DNA of 64,000 bases, from NCBI GenBank assembly GCA_963804165.1, contig CAWDPO010000013.1, positions 32,001-96,000 of the forward strand, read 5' to 3'. The stretch comes from an uncultured delta proteobacterium (GTDB lineage Bacteria; Desulfobacterota; Binatia; UBA9968). Under the pieces are notes generated by a model. It was not told where the DNA came from and ran no database searches. It saw only the letters and a program-made list of their open reading frames with translations. Of the stretch, positions 46,423 to 56,014 are shown one piece after another. Both the position numbers and the translations under genes were made by a program. The first letter of the stretch is position 1, and each line of letters begins with the position of its first letter.

Positions 46423-47639
46423 AGCCAACAATCAGCGAAGCGTCCGCCAAACGCACAGCAATTTTTTCAATCGTCTGCAGCGCTCATTTTATCAATCACT
46501 TTCAATCGGCCATGCTCGGCGTTATCTATCCGCTCATGATGACAGAATTAGGCATGAGCTACATCGCCATCGCTTCGCTCGCTGCAGTCTACAACACACT
46601 CGGCAGCGTTTTTCAGGCCGCATACGGATTCGTCGTTCCATACGTACGGCGCGGCGTGATCCTCGGCGTCGGCAACTGCTTGCTTGGACTTTCCGTCGCC
46701 GCCACCGGCTTCGCCTCGAATTATAATCATTTTTTCACCGCGCGCTTGATCGGCGGCATCGGCTCCAGCCCGCAACATCCGGTTGGATCGAGCATACTCG
46801 CAAGTCGTTTCGGCGCCGCGCGCGGACGCACGTTGGCTTTTCATTCCACGGCGGGACAGATCGGCAGTTTATTGGCGCCGTTGCTGGCGGCGGTGATGGT
46901 CACCTACATCGGCTGGCGCGGTGTATTTTGGGTGGTCGGAGCGTTCGCGACGCTCATCGGGATGGTCTGCTTCGTCTTTCGCGACACGTTGCGCTCGGCG
47001 CCGGTAGACCAACAAAAATCCCGCCTCGTCCCAATGGGCTGGAACGCCTATAGGGCCTGTTTCAAAGACAGGAACATTTTACTTGTGTCACTGGTCTTCA
47101 TGGCCGGCGCCGCCGGACGCGGTCAAGACATCAATGAAGTCTACATCATTCCCCACTTTGTCCGTGATTTTGATGTCAGCATCACCTACGCCGCCTTTCT
47201 TTTCACTTTTATCCAGATCGGAAGTCTCATCGGGCCGTTTGTCTGGGGCTGGATCTCGGATCGTTTCAACCGCAAGTTGGTAATCCAAGCGTCACTGTTG
47301 ATGTCCGCGCTGTGCACCCTCTGGCTTGCCTGGCAACCGAACGTTTCCGCCGGGCTTTTCTTTAACTTAGTGATCTACGGCGCCGCGGTGACGTCGCGCC
47401 AGACGCTGACGCAGGCTTTATTAGCGGACCTCGTCGGTGAGGATCTCTTCGACGCGGCATTTAGCCTTTACTATTTTATCGGCTTCGTTTCGATTCCATT
47501 TTGGACGGTGATCACCGGCGGCGTCATGACCCACTACGGTTTTGGCCCCGCGTTCACCGTAATCTCGACTTCCTACCTTCTTGCCATGAGCCTTCTGGTG
47601 TTGCTGCGCACGCCGGTAAAACAGCCAAGCCCAAGATAA
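46416..47639 (+). CDS. MFS transporter
   Basis: AHFINH, QHPVGSS, GWISDRFNRK; overlaps receptor stop. Confidence 0.9.
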   Translation: MVEPTISEASAKRTAIFSIVCSAHFINHFQSAMLGVIYPLMMTELGMSYIAIASLAAVYNTLGSVFQAAYGFVVPYVRRGVILGVGNCLLGLSVAATGFASNYNHFFTARLIGGIGSSPQHPVGSSILASRFGAARGRTLAFHSTAGQIGSLLAPLLAAVMVTYIGWRGVFWVVGAFATLIGMVCFVFRDTLRSAPVDQQKSRLVPMGWNAYRACFKDRNILLVSLVFMAGAAGRGQDINEVYIIPHFVRDFDVSITYAAFLFTFIQIGSLIGPFVWGWISDRFNRKLVIQASLLMSALCTLWLAWQPNVSAGLFFNLVIYGAAVTSRQTLTQALLADLVGEDLFDAAFSLYYFIGFVSIPFWTVITGGVMTHYGFGPAFTVISTSYLLAMSLLVLLRTPVKQPSPR

Positions 47640-47643
47640 CAAA

Positions 47644-48429
47644 ATGTCGAAACAATTTTCCCTCGCTCCCTCTCTCGTGGCGTCGACTCTAATCCATCTC
47701 ACGGTGCTCGTGGTGGCGTCGACGGTGGTCGGTCAACGGAACCATTTCCCGGAGCCAGATCCAATTTCGATCGCGCTCTTGGATCCAATTGAGGACAACA
47801 AATCGATTCGTCCGTCTATGGAGAAGGCGACAAGGACGGCGCCTCCGAAACCACCGCCCGCAAAACGTATGCGTGAATCGGTCTTCACCGAGCCAGCTCC
47901 GCACCCGGCGGTTAAGAACGAAATTACCAAAACGGATGAAACCAAAACGTCGCCGTCAAAGACCCTGAATTCGACTCCGGAGAGTACAACTCTCGAAGGT
48001 GGCGGTAGCGCATCCGGAGTGGACGATCGCGCCGGTGGCGATATCGGCATCGCGACCGGCTCCGGGAACGCTGGAAACGGCACTGGCACAGCAATCGCCG
48101 GCATCGGACCCGGCTCCGGCGCGCCCGGGTCGCCAGCTCGAATCCCCCCGGTTCGCACCAACCGCGAGGCTAGACCGATTCAAACCGCCCGCGCCTTGTA
48201 CCCGCCGATGGCTCTGCGCATGGGATTGGAAGGCGATGTGATGCTCAGCATCGAAGTCGACCCCGAAGGCAAAGTCACCAGGGCGGAAATTATCAAGAGC
48301 GGCGGCGCGGGATTCGACGAAGAAGCGCTCAAAGCAGTGAAGCAGTCGCGCTTTGAGCCGGCGCAGCGCAACGGTCAGCACGTCCCCGCGGAGTTTAGTT
48401 ACGTTTATCGTTTCAGGTTGCAAAGATGA
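47644..48429 (+). CDS. tonB: Energy transducer TonB
   Basis: TM with S-x3-H, Pro/Gly-rich linker, YPPMALRMGLEGDV..FDEEALKAV. Confidence 0.9.
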   Translation: MSKQFSLAPSLVASTLIHLTVLVVASTVVGQRNHFPEPDPISIALLDPIEDNKSIRPSMEKATRTAPPKPPPAKRMRESVFTEPAPHPAVKNEITKTDETKTSPSKTLNSTPESTTLEGGGSASGVDDRAGGDIGIATGSGNAGNGTGTAIAGIGPGSGAPGSPARIPPVRTNREARPIQTARALYPPMALRMGLEGDVMLSIEVDPEGKVTRAEIIKSGGAGFDEEALKAVKQSRFEPAQRNGQHVPAEFSYVYRFRLQR

Positions 48430-48465
48430 GTAACCATAAATCGCAGTGAAGTAAGGAGATTAATC

Positions 48466-49077
48466 ATGGCAAACACATCGGATTCTATTTCCGGCCATCG
48501 CCACGATCACCACGATTGGGACTCGGATGAATATGTCTCGAACTGGGCGAAAGGTCAGGATCCCAAAGAAAAAGATCGCCACGCGGCATTTACCTTGATC
48601 GCCGACACCATTCTTTTTAGTAAAAACCTGCCGCTTCGAATTCTGGATCTCGGCGCCGGATACGGCGCCCTGACGCAATTTCTCCTGAACCGGTTTCCCA
48701 AAGCAACCGTTGTTTGTCAGGACGGCTCCAAGGAGATGGCGAAGCTCGGCGCCGAGCGCATGAAAAATCTTGCCGGGCGATTCGAATACATTCTTTGCGA
48801 TTTCGCCAAGGACGGCTGGAGCCAAAAACTTGATGGGCCGTTCGAGGCGGTGGTTTCGTCGATCGCGATTCACAACGTTCGCGAACCGAAAATCATTCGG
48901 CGTATTTACGAAGATGTGTTTCCATTGGTAAAAGCCGGCGGCTGTTTTTTGAATTTCGACCGCCCGCGACCGCCATGGGAAGAGCAAATGGAATGGCTGC
49001 GCGAAGCCGGATTCAAAGCCGTGAAAATCTTCTGGCAGGGTGGCGACCGCGCCGTATTCGGCGGATTTAAGAGCTAA
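48466..49077 (+). CDS. Class I SAM-dependent methyltransferase with His-rich N-terminus
   Basis: ILDLGAGYG, VVSSIAIHN; N-terminal HRHDHH; AAGGAG RBS. Confidence 0.88.
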   Translation: MANTSDSISGHRHDHHDWDSDEYVSNWAKGQDPKEKDRHAAFTLIADTILFSKNLPLRILDLGAGYGALTQFLLNRFPKATVVCQDGSKEMAKLGAERMKNLAGRFEYILCDFAKDGWSQKLDGPFEAVVSSIAIHNVREPKIIRRIYEDVFPLVKAGGCFLNFDRPRPPWEEQMEWLREAGFKAVKIFWQGGDRAVFGGFKS

Positions 49078-49083
49078 TTATCC

Positions 49084-50094
49084 ATGCGTTCCAAATGGAA
49101 ATTCTTCCTGGTGTTGGTATGGCTTTGTCTAAGCTTAGGCTGCCAGAATAAGGAGCAGAACCGGGTTCCCGCCAGCGAGCAAAAATTCAAAATCGTCTCG
49201 ACGGTCGCGCCGATCACGAGCATCGTGGAAAATGTCGCCGGGGACAAAGCGGATCTTTCTGGAATCATTCCCGAGGGAATCAACTCGCATACTTTTGAGC
49301 CCGCGCCGTCGGACAGCCGATTGCTGAGCGGCGCGCAACTGATCATCCTGAACGGGCTCGATCTGGAAACCCCCACACTAAAGCTCGCGCAAGCGAATTC
49401 GCCGCAGGGCGCATCGATCTATTCTCTTGGCGACAAAACGGTAACTGAAGCAGAGTACATCTACGATTTCAGTTTTCCCAAGGAGCAGGGCCATCCCAAT
49501 CCGCACCTGTGGTTAAATCCGGCATACGCCACGCGTTACGCGACTCTGGTGCGCGACGAGCTGATTCGCCTCGATCCGAAAAACAAATCCGCGTACGAAC
49601 AAAACACCGCACAATTTGTAAAGAGGCTCCAAGCGCTTGATCAAGCAATTAAAAATTCGATCCAAACCATTCCCGCGAACAACCGGCGCTTGCTCACCTA
49701 CCACGACTCCTGGCCCTATTTTGCGCGCCGCTACGGCTTTCAAGTGATCGGCGCGGTGCAACCGTCGGACTTTGCCGATCCCGGCCCCAAGGAAGTGATT
49801 CGACTGATCGAGCAGATTCGCAGAGAAAAAGTTCCGGCGGTTTTTGGCTCGGAGGTTTTTCCAAGCCCCGTCCTCGCCCAGATCGCGCGTGAAGGGAAAA
49901 GCAGATATATAGACAAGCTCCGCGATGATGAGTTGCCCGGCAAGCCCGGCGATCCGCGGCATTCGTATACCGGCATGATGATAGAAAATATGACGATCAT
50001 GTTCGAAGCTCTCGGCGGCTCGGCAGAAGCGCTGAAGAAGATCGATCCGACGCCGGTCGCCGGCTCGCACGCCGACTATCGGAGAAAAAACTAA
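49084..50094 (+). CDS. Metal ABC transporter substrate-binding lipoprotein (ZnuA/TroA family)
   Basis: LSLGC lipobox; SHTFEP, NPHLWLNP, YHDSWPYF. Confidence 0.93.
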   Translation: MRSKWKFFLVLVWLCLSLGCQNKEQNRVPASEQKFKIVSTVAPITSIVENVAGDKADLSGIIPEGINSHTFEPAPSDSRLLSGAQLIILNGLDLETPTLKLAQANSPQGASIYSLGDKTVTEAEYIYDFSFPKEQGHPNPHLWLNPAYATRYATLVRDELIRLDPKNKSAYEQNTAQFVKRLQALDQAIKNSIQTIPANNRRLLTYHDSWPYFARRYGFQVIGAVQPSDFADPGPKEVIRLIEQIRREKVPAVFGSEVFPSPVLAQIAREGKSRYIDKLRDDELPGKPGDPRHSYTGMMIENMTIMFEALGGSAEALKKIDPTPVAGSHADYRRKN

Positions 50095-50097
50095 CCC

Positions 50098-50961
50098 GTG
50101 GCAAATCCGCACGACCATCGCCCCGGCGATCCACACAGCCTCCATCCGCCCGGCCTCGAAGAGCGCCCCGTTGCTCGCGTCACTGCCGTTCCGCTCGTCG
50201 AGCTCGCCGACGTGAGCAACGGTTATGGAGCCACGCCGGCGTTGACCCGCGTGTCGTTAAAAATATGGCCGGGACAATTCATGGCCATCGTCGGACCCAA
50301 TGGCGGTGGCAAGACCACGTTGCTGCGTACCGTGCTCGGCATGGTTCCGGCGACGTCTGGAAAAGTGTTGCTGCGCGGACAAGAGTTAAAACGTTCGTCG
50401 TTGGAACGCATTGGCTACGTGCCGCAATTGGAAACCATCGATTGGAATTTTCCCATCACCGTCGAAGAAGTGATCGGCATGGGTTTCTTCGTCAAGAGCC
50501 GTTGGTTCGGCGGCATTGGCGATAAGGAGAAACGCAAGCTACGAGAAATTATGGAACGCTTGAATCTTGCCGGCTTGGGTCATCGCCACATTCGGGAACT
50601 CTCCGGCGGCCAACAGCAAGCGGCGTTCATCGGACGGGCTCTGTTGGGCGATCCCGAGTTGATCTTGCTCGACGAGCCCGCCTCGGGACTCGATATCCGC
50701 TCGCGCGACGACGTGATTCACTTCTTGCACGAAATTAATCATCAAGGAGTTGCCATCGTCCTGACGGCGCATGATTTGAACTGGGTGGCCGCCCATCTGC
50801 CCTGGGCTGTGTGCTTGAATCGCCGCCTGATTGCCGAAGGCCCGCCGAACGAAGTGTTCACTGCCAAGGTTTTACAAGATGTCTACACCGGCGAGATGGT
50901 GGTCCTGCACCAAGATGGCATGGTCATGATCGGCGAACGTCCCCACGCGCCCCATAATTAA
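50098..50961 (+). CDS. Metal ABC transporter ATP-binding protein (ZnuC/MntB-like)
   Basis: GPNGGGKT, GYVPQ, LSGGQQQ, LLDEP; His-rich termini. Confidence 0.93.
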   Translation: MANPHDHRPGDPHSLHPPGLEERPVARVTAVPLVELADVSNGYGATPALTRVSLKIWPGQFMAIVGPNGGGKTTLLRTVLGMVPATSGKVLLRGQELKRSSLERIGYVPQLETIDWNFPITVEEVIGMGFFVKSRWFGGIGDKEKRKLREIMERLNLAGLGHRHIRELSGGQQQAAFIGRALLGDPELILLDEPASGLDIRSRDDVIHFLHEINHQGVAIVLTAHDLNWVAAHLPWAVCLNRRLIAEGPPNEVFTAKVLQDVYTGEMVVLHQDGMVMIGERPHAPHN

Positions 50962-50973
50962 ACTAAATTCATG

Positions 50974-51062
50974 GTTCCAAAAGTTCCAGTCGTTCCAATC
51001 GTTCATTGCGTTTCGGTCCGTCCTCACCCTCGGAACATTTGAAACTTTGGAACGACTGGAAC
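50974..51062. repeat. Inverted repeat built of 9-nt GTTCCARWN units
   Basis: GTTCCAGTCGTTCCAA (50983-50998) is the exact reverse complement of 51047-51062. Confidence 0.75.
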
Positions 51063-51075
51063 GTCTTCTAAATCC

Positions 51076-51912
51076 ATGACTTTTTTAAGTCCCTTTGAAT
51101 ACGAATTTTTTCGCAACGGGTTGATCGCCGCCGTCGTCATCGGCGCGCTCTGTGGTTTTATCGGCGTCTACGTCGTGCTGCGCCGCATGAGCTACATCGG
51201 CCACGGCTTGTCCCATGCCATTTTCGGCGGCGCGGTGCTCAGCTACGTATTGAATATCAATTTTTTTATCGGCGGCGGTCTGTGGGCGCTTTTCGCGGGC
51301 GTCTTGATTCATTGGATCAGCCACCGCCGCTGGGTCGGGGCTGACGCCGCAATCGGCGTCGTGACCACCTCGAGTTTTGCTTTAGGCGTTGCGATCATCT
51401 CTACCCACCGCACTTTCACTCGCAACATCGAATCCGCGCTGTTCGGCAATATCCTCGGCATCACTCAAACTGACGTCTGGATCGTTGTCTTTATCTCTCT
51501 GCTGGTGTCCGGCGCGCTTTTTTTGATCCGTCGGCCGCTGCTATTCTCAACGTTCGATCCCGAAGTCGCATCGGCTTACGGCGTGGCGACCGGCAAGATC
51601 GATCTCCTCTTTATTATGCTCCTAGCCGTTACGGTTCTCGCCTCGACGCAAATCCTCGGCGTGACGTTGGTCGCCGCGGCCATGGTGATTCCGCCGGTCA
51701 TCGCGCGTTACTTGACGCAGCGATTCCAAACTCTGCTGATTGTCTCACCGCTGCTCGGCGCGTTTTGCGGCGCTGCCGGCATGTTTTTGAGTTTTCATTT
51801 CGATATCTCCTCCGCCGCCACCATCGTGCTCACCTCTGCCGCACTTTTCATCTTCGTCGAGCTCGCCCTGTTCGCGCGCGGCAAAGAGCCGGCGCCGATT
51901 CACGAGCATTGA
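51076..51912 (+). CDS. Metal ABC transporter permease (ZnuB/MntC-like)
   Basis: VVLRRMSYIGHGLSHA, DAAIG, LFGNIL, TFDPEVA. Confidence 0.93.
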   Translation: MTFLSPFEYEFFRNGLIAAVVIGALCGFIGVYVVLRRMSYIGHGLSHAIFGGAVLSYVLNINFFIGGGLWALFAGVLIHWISHRRWVGADAAIGVVTTSSFALGVAIISTHRTFTRNIESALFGNILGITQTDVWIVVFISLLVSGALFLIRRPLLFSTFDPEVASAYGVATGKIDLLFIMLLAVTVLASTQILGVTLVAAAMVIPPVIARYLTQRFQTLLIVSPLLGAFCGAAGMFLSFHFDISSAATIVLTSAALFIFVELALFARGKEPAPIHEH

Positions 51913-52044
51913 GAGCGGCTCGTTCCTCATTCCGTTCGGTGCGGCAACGTGGGTATATTCATAAGGCCAACGATCGCTGGAAATCCTCGATCTTAAGTTC
52001 GCGTCGAAATTATGCTGAAATGATCTGCCGAGAAGGGAATTGAG

Positions 52045-52449
52045 ATGACACTACGCAACCTGATTGCGATAGCCGCCTCGATGATTGCATTGCCGCTCTT
52101 CGCCTGGGCGCAACACGATCATTCGACACCGGCGAAACCCGCCACTGCAAAGACCGCGAAACCGGCGCCCAAACCGGCGGAGGGCGCGAGCATCAAGATT
52201 ATTTCACCGACCACTGGCCAGGTCCTCAAAGGTGACAAAGTGCCTATCGAGTATAAGCTCACCAAAGGTAAGCGCGGCCACCACGCCCACGCCTATGTGG
52301 ACGGCGAGCTAATGGGTATGTTCGAAAGCGAAAAGGGCACGCTCAACGGCATCAAACCCGGCAAACATTTATTGGAGCTGCGCGTCGTCGCCACCGATCA
52401 CGAAACCGAGTTGAACGCCAGCGACAAGGTCCAGTTCACAGTCAAATAG
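52045..52449 (+). CDS. Exported small His-containing protein with Ig-like/beta-rich domain
   Basis: Signal peptide (AWA-QHDH), Pro/Ala/Lys linker, GHHAHAYVDG, PGKHLLELRVVATDH. Confidence 0.75.
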   Translation: MTLRNLIAIAASMIALPLFAWAQHDHSTPAKPATAKTAKPAPKPAEGASIKIISPTTGQVLKGDKVPIEYKLTKGKRGHHAHAYVDGELMGMFESEKGTLNGIKPGKHLLELRVVATDHETELNASDKVQFTVK

Positions 52450-52516
52450 TGTGCACTGCCTGCACAAAGCCCGGCTGCTTGCGCTGTCAAAGCGGTCCGA
52501 CTAGGATGGCCCGTAA

Positions 52517-52921
52517 TTGCCGATGAACCCCGGAAGACCAGTCTCTAAACACCAGCGCGGCCTATACCTGAGCGTCGCCGCCGCGTTCTGGTTTTTTCTC
52601 GCCGCGTCCGCGCCGCACCGGGTGCATCATTTTTTCGTCGGGCAAGTTCTTGCGCCGCGGGCGCAAATCGCCGTCCACGCCCAGGAGCGCGGTGAGCATC
52701 ACAGCCACGATGATCATGACCGTCAACACGACCAACGACCGCTGCAGCAAAACGATTGCAGCGTCTTGTCCGTCGCTCAAAACGCGCACGCTTCAATCGT
52801 TCAGCCGTTTTCCTTTACCGTTCTCGAATGCGCGGTTACGCGCCGGCACGAACGGCCCGTAATAAGCGCGCCATCGTTCAATCCGGCACCTTTTTCTCAG
52901 CGCGCGCCGCCCCTGCTCTAG
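52517..52921 (+). CDS. DUF2946/CruR-like His-rich protein ending in RAPP
   Basis: N-terminal hydrophobic segment, PHRVHH, EHHSHDDHDRQH, DCSVL, C-terminal SQRAPPLL; start may be 52523. Confidence 0.7.
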   Translation: MPMNPGRPVSKHQRGLYLSVAAAFWFFLAASAPHRVHHFFVGQVLAPRAQIAVHAQERGEHHSHDDHDRQHDQRPLQQNDCSVLSVAQNAHASIVQPFSFTVLECAVTRRHERPVISAPSFNPAPFSQRAPPLL

Positions 52922-53150
52922 CCTTTTCCTGTTTTTCCCAAACTACTTTCGCCGTTATCGTTGAGCTCGCACTTCGATAGGTTATTTGTCGAACGAGAGG
53001 TTTAAATGTTGCTTCGCCGCCAATCCGTCGGCGGGTCTGCTGCTTTGATGGCACCGAATCGTCGAATCGCGGCGAGATCTGTGTGCGCATCGCGGTAAAA
53101 GCGATTTGGCCTAATGATCGAATCATTAAGCGACCAGGCAGGTGATAGGT

Positions 53151-54476
53151 ATGAGAGCGTATTTCACCAGATCGGCATCAATTCTATGCTGCTTGCTTTT
53201 TTTCGGATGTAGTTCCAATACGGCCGTGCCGGCCGCGGCAAGCCGGACGAACCGGGTGACGTTCGGACCGGAGATCAGCATCGGCAACGCGGAAGCGAAT
53301 CCCGCGACGCCGTTTCTGCGTTACGCTCCAGACGGCCGGCTCTTTGCTGTATGGACCGAGGACCACGATACACCGTGGCCGCAAGGAAAAGATTCCACCG
53401 GACACCATCGTATGTCGGGCGATCGAGCGCCGTCGCCGATGCGCAACGTATTTCTCGCCTGGTCGACGGACAGAGGAAAAACTTGGTCAGCGCGCAAGCG
53501 GGTGAATAGCGAAGTCGAAGCCGTCCAAGGAGAAGAAAACGGACCCAAAGTCGCGTTCGACGCCAACAACCGGGCCTACGTTGTCTGGTCGATCCCGGGA
53601 AGGAAAGGAGACAAGACCCGCGCCAATATTCGCTTCGCTAGGGACGACGGCAAAGGTGGCTTTACGCCTGCGCGAACCTTGAACGAAATTGAGGACGCCG
53701 CTCGCTTTCCGATCATCGAAGCGACGCCCGCAGGCGATTTCCTGATCGCCTGGATCGACCGGCGCATCGACAATCCGAAACCGCGCCAACTCTATTTAAT
53801 TAGGCTCGGTGGCGACGGGAAAGCGCTGACGAAGAATTATCCGGTCGGGGAAGGCCTTTGTGAGTGTTGCAAACTGGGCGTCGCATTCGCCGGCGGCAGC
53901 AAAACGGTCTATATGGTGGACCGTGAAGTAGACGGCAATAAAATTCGCAACCACGTGCTACGCAAGTCGACGGATGGTGCCGCGACCTTCAGCGCGCCGG
54001 TCGAAATCAGTGACGACGGCTGGCAAGTGCCCTCCTGTCCACACTCGGGCCCGAGCATCGGTCGCGACCGCCGCGGTTGGCTCCACGTGACCTGGTTCAC
54101 CCTAGGCCGCTCGGAAAAAGAAGCGGGCATTTATTACAGCGTGTCGAAAGACGATGGCAAAAGCTTTGAACCTCGCCAGCTGGTGCACGCCAACACGGCG
54201 CCGGAAACTCTCTATGCCAACTTAGCGGTGGGCGATGACGATAACATTTACCTGGCATGGAGTAATCTCGACAATCGCAGCCGGGCGCAAATATTCATGC
54301 GCACGATTGCAAGCGATGGTAAAACCTGGAGCCCGATACAGCAGATCAGCGACGCTAAAGCCAACGCCAGCCGGCCGGTTCTGGCGTTGCGCGAGAATCA
54401 CGTGCACATTGCTTGGACGGAAACGGACAGTGAGGACTCACGCGTGGTCCTCAGAAGCGCGGCGGTGGACCGGTGA
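53151..54476 (+). CDS. BNR/Asp-box (sialidase-like) beta-propeller lipoprotein with CECC and CPH motifs
   Basis: LFFGC lipobox; Asp-boxes STDRGKTW, STDGAATF, SKDDGKSF, SDGKTW. Confidence 0.85.
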   Translation: MRAYFTRSASILCCLLFFGCSSNTAVPAAASRTNRVTFGPEISIGNAEANPATPFLRYAPDGRLFAVWTEDHDTPWPQGKDSTGHHRMSGDRAPSPMRNVFLAWSTDRGKTWSARKRVNSEVEAVQGEENGPKVAFDANNRAYVVWSIPGRKGDKTRANIRFARDDGKGGFTPARTLNEIEDAARFPIIEATPAGDFLIAWIDRRIDNPKPRQLYLIRLGGDGKALTKNYPVGEGLCECCKLGVAFAGGSKTVYMVDREVDGNKIRNHVLRKSTDGAATFSAPVEISDDGWQVPSCPHSGPSIGRDRRGWLHVTWFTLGRSEKEAGIYYSVSKDDGKSFEPRQLVHANTAPETLYANLAVGDDDNIYLAWSNLDNRSRAQIFMRTIASDGKTWSPIQQISDAKANASRPVLALRENHVHIAWTETDSEDSRVVLRSAAVDR

Positions 54477-55054
54477 AGTCAAATTCAATTGTGGCGATAC
54501 TCCTCATCCATTGGCGGAATGTGAGGTTGTTGGCATCAGCGCTCTGTTGCGCCGCCGCGATTGCGCTAGCGCCGGCGACCGGCTGGACGCAGCACGAGCA
54601 CAACACCGGCCAAAGCGCCGTGCCATCGGTCGGTGGTCCGGCGATACCGTTCGATCTCAAATCGCTCGAAGGCAAGTCGGTCGGATTGGCAAGCTTCCGC
54701 GGTCAGCCGTTAGTGCTGAACTTTTTCGCTAGTTGGTGCGATCCCTGCCGCGAGGAAATGCCGCTGATCAATGATCTCGCGTCAAGGAGTGCCACGGAGG
54801 GTTACAGCGTGCTGGGCGTCGCCGTCGAAGACAGCCGTGCCGCGGTGACGGAGTACGCCAAAGAAACCAAGCTGGTCTTTCCGATCGCGCTCGACTTGAA
54901 CAGCACGGTGAAGCGCGCCTATCGCATCTTCGGCCCGCCGGCGACGTTTTTCATCGATGCTCAGGGCGTCGTTCGCGACATCGTTCTTGGTCCATTGACA
55001 CGCGAGCGGGCACTTGAAGCACTTAAGAAAACCAGAGCGGTCGTGAAGAACTAA
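54473..55054 (+). CDS. TlpA/ResA-type thioredoxin-like disulfide reductase
   Basis: LNFFASWCDPCREEMP, PATFFID; signal peptide. Confidence 0.92.
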   Translation: MKSNSIVAILLIHWRNVRLLASALCCAAAIALAPATGWTQHEHNTGQSAVPSVGGPAIPFDLKSLEGKSVGLASFRGQPLVLNFFASWCDPCREEMPLINDLASRSATEGYSVLGVAVEDSRAAVTEYAKETKLVFPIALDLNSTVKRAYRIFGPPATFFIDAQGVVRDIVLGPLTRERALEALKKTRAVVKN

Positions 55055-55060
55055 AAACGA

Positions 55061-55993
55061 TTGTTTTTCAAATCGATGTTTTCTGACAGAACGCCCATTT
55101 ACGTGGGTGCGATCACTTTCCTGTTAATCGTGGCGACTCCTTATGCGGCGGCAGGCGTGCCAATTCGTTCGCAAGACGGCCCACTTCGGGTAGTCGAATC
55201 CTACCTCCGGGCAACTCAAGCGCGCGACTTTGGAACGGCCTACAGCTACATTTCCAACACCGACCAACGGATCAGGGACAAAGCCGGCTATCTGCGATCT
55301 CAGGAATACCTCAGCGGTTTCGCCCTCGAGCTTGCCAACCGACTCGTCGCTAAAATGAAAGTGTGGGTGATCAATCAAAAAGTCGGACCGGCGAAGGCCC
55401 GTTTCGAAGTCGGCTATCGACGACCCGCCGGTGATGAAATTTCGTCACGACTTTTCGATTGGAATGCCAGCAAGCTCAACGCTCTACCGCAGAGCGAACA
55501 GCGGCGCCTGGCCGAAGCTTTGGAAAATTTCCAAAGATCAGGAAAGATGGTATCCCTCGAAGGGCACGAGACTTTGGATCTCGTACGTGAGAAAGACGGA
55601 TGGAAAATTTTTCTCGATTGGGCAGCGCGCTCGCGCGTTATTTTCGCCTCGACGACGCCGTCCTCCGGTGCACTGGAGGTTCAGTTTCCACGCAATGATT
55701 TTCTGGTTGCAACCAACGAGCCGTTTCAAATCGACTTCACGGTCAGAAACCGAAGCCCGCGCGCGACGGTCGCCAGACTCACCCACCTTATCGAGCCGCG
55801 CGGTTTGGCCAAGAACGTGGAGATGATCGCGTGCGGTTCACTGTCGCCGCTGCGGCTCAAGCCGGGTCAAGCTCGGGAAGTGTCCAGCTCGTATATCTTA
55901 GGAGGTGATCTTTCTCCCCGATCGCGTCTCTTGATCATCTACCAATTTACTTTAGAGTCCAAACTCGCGGCGACGAACCCGTCTCGCGAGTGA
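55061..55993 (+). CDS. Exported two-domain protein with Cox11/CtaG-like C-terminal domain, paralog 1
   Basis: YLRATQARDF N-domain; FTVRNRS..THLIEP..MIACGSL..LKPGQ; start uncertain (55076 possible). Confidence 0.65.
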   Translation: MFFKSMFSDRTPIYVGAITFLLIVATPYAAAGVPIRSQDGPLRVVESYLRATQARDFGTAYSYISNTDQRIRDKAGYLRSQEYLSGFALELANRLVAKMKVWVINQKVGPAKARFEVGYRRPAGDEISSRLFDWNASKLNALPQSEQRRLAEALENFQRSGKMVSLEGHETLDLVREKDGWKIFLDWAARSRVIFASTTPSSGALEVQFPRNDFLVATNEPFQIDFTVRNRSPRATVARLTHLIEPRGLAKNVEMIACGSLSPLRLKPGQAREVSSSYILGGDLSPRSRLLIIYQFTLESKLAATNPSRE

Positions 55994-56014
55994 GCGACGC
56001 AGAATCCGGTTATT

